A stretch of DNA of 64,000 nt, from contig NC_047062.1 in NCBI RefSeq assembly GCF_902459465.1, positions 16,740,001 through 16,804,000 on the forward strand, given 5' to 3'. The translations under genes and the position numbers were made by a program. The notes below the pieces were generated by a model that was given only the letters and a program-made list of their open reading frames with translations, was not told the origin of the DNA and ran no database searches. This document shows, in pieces, positions 22,617 to 33,896 of the stretch. The DNA is from Asterias rubens. Its lineage: Eukaryota. The first letter of the stretch is position 1; each line of letters starts with the position of its first letter.

Positions 22617-24228
22617 ACCAGGCTGAACTCAGCACTAAATTTAGTGCTAGCACCAAATTTGGTGCTGGCGAGAAATTTGGTGCTGGCACCAAATTTCAAA
22701 ACAACCTGTCAACACACCGTCATGACGAAGCAACGGCGGCGCGATAATAACCGTTACAGGCAGTAAGAGGTACTACGGTATGTTAAATGTTTTCAAAGTA
22801 AAATCAATAAACCTTCAAATTTTTCTTGCGCGCTTTTTCGTATGTAGAATGTGCGTTATACGGGCTGTACTATGCAAATGTTTAATTAGTTGGGCTGAGC
22901 TAATTAGCCAATCTATTCATTAGGGGCGCCTAGGTATGATGGTTTGGAATCTAGGAAAGACATCTGCGAAGAAAAATCTTAAGATTTATCGATTTTACTT
23001 TGAAAACATTTGAAATTAAAATTAGTATTATTAGATACTTGCGCTTTTTTCGTATATAGAATGTGCGTTATACGGGCTATATTATGCAAATGTTTAATTA
23101 GTTGGGCTGAGCTAATTAGCCAAAGTATTCATTAGGGGCGCCTAGGTATGATGGTTTGGGATCTAAGGAAGACATCTGTGAAAAAATCTTAAGATTTATC
23201 GATTTTACTTTGAAAACATTTCAAATTAAAATTGGTACTATTCGATACTTGCGCTTTTTTCGTATATAGAATGTGCGTACAGGCTATATTATGCAAATGT
23301 TTAATTAGTTGGGCTGAGCTAATTAGCCAATCTATTCATTAGGGGCGCCTAGGTATGATGGTTTGGGATCTAAGGAAGACATCTGTGAAAAAAAATCTTA
23401 AGATTTATTGATTTTACTTTGAAAACATTTGAAATTAAAATTAGTATTATTAGATACTTGCGCTTTTTTCGTATATAGAATGTGCGTTATACGGGCTATA
23501 TTATGCAAATGTTTAATTAGTTGGGCTGAGCTAATTAGCCAAAGTATTCATTAGGGGCGCCTAGGTATGATGGTTTGGGATCTAGGGAAGACATCTGTGA
23601 AGAAAAATCTGAAGATTTATTGATTTTACTTTGAAAACATTTCAAATTAAAATTGGTACTATTCGATACTAGCGCTTTTTCGTATATAGTATGTGCGTAC
23701 AGGCTATATTATGCAAATGTTTAATTAGTTGGGCTGAGCTAATTAGCCAATCTATTCATTAGGGGCGCCTAGGTATGATGGTTTGGGATCTAGGGAAGAC
23801 ATCTGTGAAGAAAAATCTGAAGATTTATTGATTTTACTTTGAAAACATTTCAAATTATAATTGGTACTATTCGATACTTGCGCGCTTTTTCGTATATAGT
23901 ATGTGCGTACAGGCTATATTATGCAAATGTTTAATTAGTTGGGCTGAGCTAATTAGCCAATCTATTCATTAGGGGCGCCTAGGTGTGATGGTTTGGGATC
24001 TAAGGAAGACATCTGTGAAGAAAAATCTTAAGATTTATCGATTTTACTTAGAAAACATTTAACATACCATATTACCTCTTACTGCCTGTAACGTTTGTTG
24101 TCGCGCCGCCGTTGCTTCGTCATGACGGTGTGTTGACAGGTTGTTTTGAAATTTGGTGCCAGCACCAAATTTCTCGCCAGCAACAAATTTGGTGCTAGCA
24201 CTAAATTTAGTGCTGAGTTCAGCCTGGT
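22617..24228. mobile_element. 1.6-kb foldback element: TIRs of about 200 bp around six tandem repeats of about 210 bp
   Basis: 22617 to about 22815 is the reverse complement of about 24030 to 24228. Units start near 22829, 23040, 23250, 23460, 23671 and 23880. Flanks GCTGCAAG (22609-22616) and GCAGCAAG (24229-24236) form a possible 8-bp TSD with one mismatch. Confidence 0.9.
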
Positions 24229-24313
24229 GCAGCAAGTCCGTGTTTTCATCATAAAATTAGTAGCGCCCTCTTCCATCAGAAAATAGGCATGTCAAAAATG
24301 ACCGTACGCACCT

Positions 24314-24328
24314 TTCAAAGCGGCCGCC
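24314..24328 (-). promoter_or_regulatory. CDE/CHR tandem element (GGCGG-N4-TTTGAA), candidate FANCL core promoter
   Basis: The reverse strand reads GGCGG CCGC TTTGAA, oriented towards FANCL, within a CpG-rich patch (24240-24360). Confidence 0.55.
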
Positions 24329-24384
24329 GTTGTTGAAACTATGGGGCGCCGTTTGTCCATTAATTGTTTGACACTATTAAGGCA

Positions 24385-25095
24385 TGTTTTTACCATGGTT
24401 TACAGCAATTAGATGTAAACCATAGAAACTGTTGCCAAATCCTGTTATGGTTTACATACCAGTAAAGTATTTGTTGTGTATAAGTTTATGGTTTACAAAC
24501 CATGAACATACAAAAAACATTTACAAATCGTGGTTCATAAACCAAGAAAATTTACGCATCTTAAAAACATGGTTAATAAACCATAAAAACTGAAGCATCA
24601 AATTCATGGTTTACAAATCATGGTTTATAAACCATGAAAATTGAGACATCTAAAAAACATGGTTTATAAACCATGAAAATTGAAGAATAAAAATCGTGGT
24701 TTACAAATCATGGTTTATAAACCATAACAAATGAACCATAAAATCATGGTTTGTGACCATGGTTTATAAACCATGAAAATCGAGACTTCTTAAAAAACAT
24801 GGTTTATAAACCATAAAAATCGAGACTTCTTAAAAAAATATGGTTTATAAACCATGAAAATTTACACATCTCAAAAACGTTGTTTGTAAACCATAAAAAA
24901 AAAAAAAATGTGCTCTTACAAATCATGGTTTACAAACCATAAAAATGTGCACTCACAAATCATGGTTTACAAATCATAAAAAATGTGCACTCACAAATCA
25001 TGGTTTACAAACCATAAAAAATGTGCACTCACAAATCATGGTTTACAAACCATAAAAAATGTGCACTCAGAAATCATGGTTTACAAACCATCTGA
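24385..25095. repeat. Satellite-like array of about 38-40 bp units with a palindromic CATGGTTTATAAACCATG core
   Basis: More than 15 recurrences of CATGGTTTA(T/C)AAACCAT; near-identical units at 24920-25090. Confidence 0.85.
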
Positions 25096-28000
25096 CCCGA
25101 CATCAAACATGAATTATGCATACTATGTTTTATTCACACGACACCAAAGTCTATGACGTACGTCCTATACTAGGTCTCCTTTTCCGTCTACCGCGCAATA
25201 TTAAAATATTTTAAGTGACAATGACAACAATTTTTTTATTTTATTTATTGTATAACTGTTATAAATTTCGATAAGCGTAATAAATATTAAGTCTACATTT
25301 AAGAGAAAATATCATAGATTGGTTTCTTATCTCCTGAAACCAAACATTACTGGTCTGAAATGGGGAAAACAGGATTGTTATGAAGTGTGAGTGCATCAAG
25401 GGGGGGTGGGGTGTTTTACTTTCATGCCTTATGATATCTCTGGATTCTAATATAGTAGCCATAATGCATTAGGACAAAAATGTAATTAAATTTGTTAAGT
25501 ACTAATTGAATAATATTTTTGATTTACTTTGCCCGCCATACTAGCTTCTGAAAATTCAATAAAATACCAACCAATAAAAGGGGTGAAAACATATGACGTT
25601 GCTCCAATGTCGTGCATGCACAAGCACTGTCAATGGCGGACTGTCTTTTGCAACGTAAAACCAGAACTTTAAAAATTTCAACACACCATGAAGTGAAAGT
25701 GTTATTGTTAAAAAATTGGATAGATGATTTGAAAAAAAAAAATTAGTTTTTTAATGTGAACATTTTTCCTGTTATCCTACTGAAAACACATGACACCAGG
25801 ATATACCAAGGATCTTTGGGGAACTTAAAATAATAAAAGCTTTCAGTCTAGGTAGTAGGTAGAGGCTAGGCGGGAACTCGGCCTGATGAGTATGTCGAGC
25901 GCCATTTCCCATAATTATGGGAAAACTCGTTTTCATAATTTTCACTGGAACAGCAAAGTTTCACGAGCTTAACTGTAATTATAGGTAGAGTAAAGTTTCC
26001 CATAACTAAGTTGCTTATCAAATTTGCCAATCGTTTTTTTAGGGCCCTCACCGTCATAGAATGATCCGAGATGCAGCGTATTCCCGCACCGCTCCACGTG
26101 GGTAGATGATCTGCTCGCCCAAAATAACCTATCCGTTATCTAATTATCACGTTCTTGCATAACGTTGGTGATAAATGCATATCTGTTCTATTTAATATCA
26201 GGGAGTCGGGCTTCGGGTAAAGCCTTCACCCTCGTTATTTTGTGATTTAACCATGAAGGAAGACAAATTCATAACCCAAGGATCCGCCGGTATATAACCG
26301 TTGATTGAAAGGACCACACTAACAAGTCAAATAGCTAATCACAGACGGCTTGCATATTCTCCATGGGTAGGCCTACCCTCATCATTCTGTGGACATAATA
26401 ACCCAATGGATCAACAAGATATTTCGTTAATCCCACACAATGATTAAAAGGACACACTTCATAGGCCTACACAGAAAATAACAAGTAAAATAGATACCAT
26501 GTTTCTTATGACCATCAGCTAGTAACAAATAATAACGTATACTTGCATGTTGATGATTAATGCATATATGCTTATGATATGTTACCAACCATGATGAACA
26601 GTGGAGACGATGTCAGATGCAATTGTGTACACCATGCAATACTGTCCGCATATGCAATCGTGTCCAGGACTATACAAAAACCGTATGTATGTGTGCCCGG
26701 TAAGCGAGCGTGCATGCATTGAACCTGCTTATATGCAGCATGAATATTCATGTATTTTATGATTGCAGCGGCCTAGTTTCAGAGATATTGGAGAGAACTC
26801 ATTTTTCTGCTATGGCTGCCACTAATTTGCATATTGTTAAAATTACTTACCACTAATAATAACTTCATAAATTTTTTAATCCTTTTATGAGACCTTCAAA
26901 ACATGGGTATAGCACTTCAATTGTCATCTTTGCTTTCCTAGTTACCGAGATATTGAAGAAAAATCATTTTTCTTCAATGGCTGCACTAATTTGCATATTT
27001 ATGATGATTAATTACCACTTATTTCTTTGGAAATGTTATAATCCTATTCTGTGACCTTCAACATCTAGGTATAGACTCATCACTTGTCATTTTTACTTGC
27101 CTGGTTACAGGGGTTTGCTTAAAATGGTTCAAAAAGGTCAAAAATATGATTATGCAAATTAGATGGTCAAAAATTCAAAAGTTCGCTTGGGAACCATTTT
27201 TTTTCGGATTCAGCACACCAAAATTGTGTTAAAAATCTAGTTCCGCACTTTTACCCCAAAATGCCTCAATCAGTCAGTTTTTCCAGAAATCCGTGTAGAC
27301 TATAAGGCATGGTATCTGTTTTACTTTTTCTTTTCTGTGTAGGCCTATACATTGTAATCATTGTGTGGGATTAACGAAAGATCTTCCTGATCCAGTGGGT
27401 TTTATGTCACCACAGAATGATGAGGGTAGGCCTACCTTTTCTGAAGGCCGTTGTCGCATGCAATTATGTCCTCTATGCAATACTATCCGGAGGACATTAT
27501 TGCATATGCAAAAATGTCCGCCGGACGGTTTTGCATATGCAATCATGACTGCCTGGACGCTGCTGCATAATGCAATTGTGTCCGCCCGGACACATTTGCA
27601 TATGCAGTTGTGTCTGCCCCCATGCAAAACCGTCCTTGCAGTAAATTAAACGCCCTTGGTCGACGATGGTCGACGGCACACGTTTGCCATTTTTTAACAA
27701 GCCAAGTGTGCATGTCATGAATGGGTATAGCCATGACAAAGAAATGTTTTTACCTATGTTCTGAGGGTCAGGCAATGCATGTAGTGCGTTCATTGGCAAA
27801 TCAGATGCTTATGCAAATGAGTTGGTATAGCTACACGTACTTATTTATGCAAATCAGCTAGTCTGACTACCAATACATTTCATAATTCATCACTTTTTGT
27901 TCAATCGATGCATTCCTACAATAGAGTTTTTGCAAAACATTTGCATCTCTGATGCAGTTTTAGCAACGACAGTAAAGACAAACCCAGGAGAACTATCCTC

Positions 28001-28149
28001 TTTAATTCTTAACAAACTCCTGCTGCTTGGCTTCATGCGCCAAACCCTGTTTTTGAAACTGATTGGCAGAGGTGTAAAAGGCAATTTTAAATGTTGCCGA
28101 AAAACCAGATCATTCCGAGCAGGTTAGGCTCGTCAGCTATGGTAGACAG

Positions 28150-28325
28150 GCCACCTAGGAGAAGAAAAACTCTGATCACACTTCCAGGTAGGTAGAATTC
28201 CTAAGCCTAGATTGGTAATCTACCTAGGAGAAGGACCTCTCTGATCACCATCCAGGGTAGGTAGAACTCCTCAGCCGAGATTGGTAGTATATATACCTAG
28301 GAGAAGGACCTCTCTGAACTAACGT
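28150..28325. repeat. Three degenerate tandem units of about 75 bp
   Basis: ACCTAGGAGAAG(G/A)A..CTCTGA and GTAGGTAGAA..AGATTGGTA are repeated. Confidence 0.6.
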
Positions 28326-28619
28326 ACGTTCACATCCTAGTGCGAACGAGGGCAGCAACCAGGGTAGTCCTGAGAGGAGTGGTACCCCAAAGTCTTATTA
28401 TAGCCTTTAAAGGAAGCTAATGGTAAATCGTATGGCAAAGCATTTACTTCAGGTCCCGAGAGTGGCCAGGATCGATGCTGCGGACAGGTGTGCTGGCCAG
28501 GTCTTGGCCTGACAGAATGGCATTGCCTCCCCCCCCTTCCCGGAGGAGGTTATCCGACGACAGCCCAAAGTCCAATGCGATCTGCGATACAGGAGGCCGC
28601 TCATTATGGCTACCTTCAA

Positions 28620-28910
28620 CAAACACAGTGAGGAAGGATGCGAGGGTCAGAGAGATGGACCATTGTGAAGTGATCTTGGCAGGAGTCATGAAGGGGATAC
28701 CCTCCCCTTAATTCATTTTCATCAGTGACTTCCCCCTCAGACGTGCTATCGGCAGACACAAGGTGGATCTTGGATTCACATTGATGCCAAAGAGATCGAG
28801 CCTATCCCGTAGTATCCATGCCCGACCTTGACTTTGCTGATGACATCAGTCTCTTCTTTAACACCACCGCCCAGGCACAAGAACTTCCACTCAATGCTAG
28901 AAAGACAGGT
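28620..28910 (+). pseudogene. Frameshifted reverse-transcriptase fragment of an RTE-clade LINE
   Basis: Translates in shifting frames to ..ILAGVM(K)G.. and DLDFADDISL..NTTAQAQEL, typical of RTE RT motifs. Confidence 0.6.
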
Positions 28911-29059
28911 GATTACATACAACATCTAAGACCATGCACCTCTGACCACATTAGAGGTTGAGCTTTGTCAGTGTCCTGATGAGAGATGCTGAGGCAGAGA
29001 CCACAGCAGAGTTGGCTGCCTGCATAAATGGGCAGGGAGGCTGAGAGACGCCGCCGGAG

Positions 29060-29360
29060 ATTCCGCCTGCCCGCGACATGATGATAGAGAGCAGGTCGTC
29101 CAGTTCACTTGCCGGACGTCCTAAAGCATGGGCTTCTGCCAAGTCCACTTCACTTGCTGAAAAGTTTGAATAAGGAGATGATCTAACAAACTTTAAGACA
29201 AACTTTGCTGAACCTACCAAAATGTCCTCCTGGAAAATGTCAATGAGCAAAACAAATTGCTTAAGTCGGAGAGTGCCAGCAATGGGTATCACTGACCTCG
29301 ACTGCACTGATGGCATTCTCTTCTACATGGCGGACTTGGCACGAGAATTACCTGCAGCTC
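29060..29360 (+). pseudogene. Degraded Academ-like transposase fragment (middle region)
   Basis: RPVHLPDVLKHGLLPSPL..NKEM, then TDGIL..DLARE, resembles the remembered LxxELxPxPLSL..G.M..K and IDG motifs; stops and frameshifts are present. Confidence 0.4.
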
Positions 29361-29431
29361 CAATTTAGCAGAGTACTTCATAATAAGAGAAGTTAAGATG
29401 TTAAATATGACTTCAGTTAAACTTAAGGAAG

Positions 29432-29775
29432 ACCAAGACCATTTGTAACCGTTTGTTATAAAATGCATATGGTTAGAAAGATGTTTAAAAGTAGAATACA
29501 ATGATCCACACAACATTGCCTCGAAAATGCGTGGTTTTCCTTTCCTTTGCGAACTAACACGGTCGGCCATTTATGGGAGTCAAAAGTTGACTCCCATAAA
29601 TGGCTGACCGTGTTAGTCGACGAGGTAAAAGGAAAACCGCGCAATTTCGAGGAATGTTTGTGTGGATTATTGTATTCTACTTTTACAACATCTTTCCACC
29701 CAAATGCATTTCGTAACAAACGGTTACAAATGCTTTTTATAGACCAACTCGTCCGATCCAAGGCAACGTGTTCCT
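29432..29775. mobile_element. Palindromic Kolobok-type MITE (family B), left terminus truncated
   Basis: Self-complementary about GGGAGTCAAAAGTTGACTCCC; ends GTGTTCCT|TTAA. Homologue at 48188-48549; a lone right terminus lies at 30553-30592. Confidence 0.8.
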
Positions 29776-30269
29776 TTAAGCAAATCTCTGTAACATGACA
29801 ATCAAAAATTACAAGTGATGCATCAGTACCTCGATGTTGAAGGTCACAGAGTAGGATTAAAACATGTTTGAAGTAATTAGTACTAATTAATACTCATGAA
29901 TATGCAAATTAGTGGCCGCCATTACAAAAACATGATTTCTCTTCAATATCTCTGTAGCTAGGCAAGCAAACATGATAAACGAAGTGTTTTTCCTATGTTC
30001 TGAGGCTGAACCAATGTGATCAATGATAAGCAAGATGCTTTTTATGCAAACGAGCTAGCAAAATAGCTTTAAATGCTTATTTATGCAAATCAGCTAGTAT
30101 GGCTACAAATGAATTTCATAACAGTTCATGAATGAATGCTTCATGTTAAGGCCCCTTAACTTTACACCGAAATACTACTTGATGCTAATACAGGCCGAAA
30201 GAGCAATTGGTGTCACTCACCAATCCCTCATAAGTTGGGTATAGAATGAACTGCTGTTGCCTAGGAACA

Positions 30270-30530
30270 TGTAGTCATACAGCGAGTTTCATCACCAATC
30301 TGTTGCTGAAATGCACGCATTGCTGTGCATTGAAACCCATGCTTCTGGCATGAACACAAAGTATCTTCCAGCAGGTAACTTTTAATGACATCAGTATGGG
30401 CTGTGGTTCTGAGTCACCATGTTCCCATCCATTGTACATGGGCTCAGAAAGCTCAGGTATAGAGCAGTGAACATTCCACCAAATAATGATTGATAGGAAG
30501 TACGCATCAAATTGAAACCTGGAGCATCAA
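30270..30530 (-). pseudogene. Degraded Academ-like transposase C-terminus with a CXC cysteine motif
   Basis: Frameshifted RTSYQS(x)IWWNV..IPELSEPMYNGWEHGDSEPQPILMSL..CSCQKHGFQCTAM matches the remembered RxxYQxxIW..PxxxGW..LM..CxCxxxxLxCT pattern. Confidence 0.55.
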
Positions 30531-31679
30531 TCTTGCATAGTTCACACCTTGATCGACCAACTCGACCGATCCAAGGCAACGTGTTCCTTTAAAATGGTTC
30601 AAAAAGGTCAAAATATGATTATGCAAATTAGATGGTCACAAACTCAAAATTTCGCTTGGGAACCATTTTTTTCTGAGTCAGCACGCCTGAAATGTATTAA
30701 AAAGTCTGGTTCCCTGCTTTTACCCCAAAATGCCTCAATCACCTTAATTAGAGCTCTTTTTCAGAAATCCGCCTAGACTATTATCCTAAACAATCATCAG
30801 CTAATACAAAATAACCACTTAATCTTGCATAATGTTGATGGTAAATGCATAATCTGTTCTATTCGCTGATATTTTTGTTCGCTGATGAATGATGCAAAGG
30901 ACTGTGAGGAGCACCAAAATTATAAGTATCATCAGATAAAGTGTACTATTGTATGAAAATCATATTTGGTGCTAATGAATTGGTCCCTACGGGTCCTAAA
31001 ACCCTTTGACGATGGATCCTGCCCACAAAATTTGTCAAAAGCGACTTTGCAGTTTGAGGTACCCTATTTTAGTTCTGGGGAGCATATTCTCACAGCTGAG
31101 TAGTTATCTACACATGGTGTTCCCGCAAACTGAATACACATAGGCCTAGTCTAGAAATGGTAGTTCATTCCTCCAAAGATTTGAGACACTAAACTTTTGC
31201 ATTGTACAAGTTTTTTTTTTTTTTAAGTTCTTTGCAAAGGGGAAAATTAAATAAAAAAATCTGAAATAAATTAAAACAATATAAACCACTATTACAGCAA
31301 CATCACATTCTACAAAATAAACAACACATTTTTTTAAATAGACATAATAACATAATATGTTTATTTATATCGCACCATAAACTAATAATTTACATCACAC
31401 AAAACAATTAAAGTATCTGACAAACATAAAAGTAAACTATTTACCATGAAGGTGGATTTTATCAATATTTATTGCCCTCTGATGTTATTGCTCTTAAATA
31501 ATTAGAAAATTTAAGACTGAGATTCTTTCTACATGATAAAACTTATTTCTTAGAAAGTCACGATTTAAAAAATAACTTGTTTCAAAAGACATGTTTTAAA
31601 CTGTGCCTAATTTCTTTGAATTGTCAAGCACATCTGCACAGCTGAATTTCGCGAGCAACTACTCAGAAATATTTTAAAA

Positions 31680-32400
31680 TGCTGATCCACAAGCTTTGCA
31701 AAAAAAACGCACTGGTTCTAGTTTTAGGCAGAGTACACAATAATCCAAAGGCTTTGCAACACAGCAGCCCTGTTTCCTAGTTTTGAAAAGTACACATGCC
31801 CGGCTGCAAAGGCTTTGCAAAACACTGGAAGTTTTGGCCAGTTTTGGCCAGTACAAAATGCATAGCTGCAGCAAAGGCTTTGCGAAAAAACAGCCTTTGG
31901 TGTAGTTTTGGCCAAAACACAATGCTGAAAAGGCTTTGCAATGCAGTAGTAGCCCTGATTAATAGTTTTGGCCAGTACACACTGCTCCAAAGGCTTTTTC
32001 ATAACAGCAGCCCTGTCTCTAGTTTTGGCCAGTGCACACTGCTCCAAAGGCTTTTCCATAGCAGCAGCCCTGTCTCTAGTTTTGGCCAGTGCACACTGCT
32101 CCAAAGGCTTTTTCATAACAGCAGCCCTGTCTCTAGTTTTGGCCAGTACACACTGCTCCAAAGGCTTTTTCATAACAGCAGCCCTGTCTCTAGTTTTGGC
32201 CAGTACACACTGCTCCAAAGGCTTTTTCATAACAGCAGCCCTGTCTCTAGTTTTGGCCAGTGCACACAGATGAACTTGGCTTTGTACAACACCAGTACTT
32301 GGCAAGTATAAAAACAGCTTCAAAGGAAGTGCAAAACAGAAGCCCTGGCTGCAATTTTCCCCAGTACAAAGTGCTCCAAATACTTCAGCACTAGCTCCAG
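31680..32400. repeat. 57-bp minisatellite (near-perfect 31960-32270, degenerate flanks)
   Basis: Unit TAGTTTTGGCCAGT(A/G)CACACTGCTCCAAAGGCTTTTTCATAACAGCAGCCCTGTCTC; produces 19-aa repeat ORFs on both strands. Confidence 0.9.
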
Positions 32401-32856
32401 CTTTTAGCCAAGTGTTCAAATCGTGACTTTTCAGCTTTTTTTTTTTTAGCAAGGCCATTTGAAACCATTACGTGAGGGAGTAACCCCAGAAATTACACAT
32501 CTATGCAGGAAGGTTACACTAGCTACTATACTGACAGGGAAGTTCAACAAGTTACTGGCTCCCCAGAAAGCCAAAAGGTTTGATTGGCAGGGGGAGAAAT
32601 AATGGTAACCTCATGGTCAGTAAGACTTCTGGAAGCCTGCTGCAATGAACAAACTACTCTATAAAAAACACTACACAATGTTTCTGATCCCCTCTTAGAC
32701 ATGTTGAATGGTCCAGTCTACTTACAAAATTCTGAGTAAACACCCCCTACATAAAATAAGACTAAGTATACAGTGTATGTAACTACAGTTGCAATTATTA
32801 TGTAAAACTCTTTTCACCACAAACTTTTTACTCTAATAGTCAATCGAATTCCCCCA

Positions 32857-33205
32857 AAAATACTTCTGGGGCTAATTCTTTTTTTTTAAACACAGCCTGA
32901 TCTGATTATTAATTCATGAAAAGTCTAGTCAATCATGAAGTGAAGGTGTACATGTAGCTCTACGACACCACCAAATCAAACACAAAACTGGGGGAAAACT
33001 GTGAAGAAGATGAATCTTTGTCTTTATACAGCCATGTCTATTGCATGCAGCAAAACAATATGACAGGGTTTCCAGAAGGCCCCGTTTTTGCCCCAGTTTT
33101 GTGTTTGATTTGTACAATCTCCACTTCATGATTGACTAGACATTTCATTAATAAATAATCGGATCAGTCTGTGTTTGAGAAAGGAACTAGCCCCAAAAGT
33201 GTAAC
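32857..33205. repeat. Inverted repeat with arms of about 90 bp (old MITE)
   Basis: GGGGCTAATTC..AAACACAG..CTGATC..GTCTAGTCAATCATGAAGTG pairs with CACTTCATGATTGACTAGAC..GATCAG..CTGTGTTT..GAACTAGCCCC. Confidence 0.7.
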
Positions 33206-33896
33206 ATGAGCGACATGATTCATATGTACAGTATGTTACACAAGTGACATGATTGTTACAAAGACTTCATTGCAATTTTTGGAGTCCTTAAAAGTTTATG
33301 TTGAATGGCGAAACACGGTAATCTAAGCATATGTATCTAGAGTTTTGACTCAATGTCTTTATCGACAGCTTACCTCAGACTATTTTGATCATAACTCAAA
33401 CCATTTTTGGTCCCTATTGTCACCATTATGTCAGTAACAAACAGATAATAATACTCTTACAATTTGAAAGACCATGAATTTAGAAGACAAAACCTAATAA
33501 TCATCACTTTGATTAATAACAAGTTAGGCACGATTTGTTCTTATTTTATACAGTTAATATCAAAGAATGCCAATATTGTCACACATCTTTTAATTTGTGG
33601 CGAGGTGCAGGAGTTTAGTGCACTAAGATGCAGCTGGTACCCAATTTTGTAGGGGAGGACGGAACAACAAAAAACCTACACAGTTTTAGCTTCAATAAAT
33701 GTACATTTTACATTACTTTTTGCACTATAAGAATCCCTCTTAGAGAAGTTTTGGTGACTCAAACAATATAGAACTGGTTTTTTTTTTTGCCAACAATGGC
33801 AGACAAACTTGATTTCTTTAAGTGAAAATAGAGGTACATGTATCAAGGTCATGAGTGTAACATTGGCTGTATCTGAATGAGCATCAAATCAAAATT

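Larger units (their letters stand above)
26560..30780. mobile_element. Composite of decayed Academ-like DNA transposon pieces with nested LINE and MITE fragments
   Basis: Two homologous right ends (27127-27302 and 30595-30780) end in ..TAGACTA. ATGCAAATTAG-rich subterminal repeats at 26720-27080 are inverted relative to 29810-29990. 27700-27890 resembles 29950-30125. Confidence 0.55.

Noticed and set aside
24378-27311. Identical 9-mer TAAGGCATG at 24378 and 27303 as a TSD for a 2.9-kb element
   Set aside because: The left side does not start with a TAG terminus matching the 27302 end, and a chance 9-mer match is likely in 64 kb of AT-rich DNA.
28951-29316. 121-aa ORF on the - strand
   Set aside because: Recognisable transposase-like motifs are on the opposite strand, so this is probably the antisense shadow of the decayed fragment.
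22829-32400. Regular arrays considered as CRISPR-like (22.8-24.1 kb, 24.4-25.1 kb, 31.7-32.4 kb; also 12.5 kb)
   Set aside because: Units are contiguous with no unique spacers, there are no cas genes, and the context is eukaryotic.
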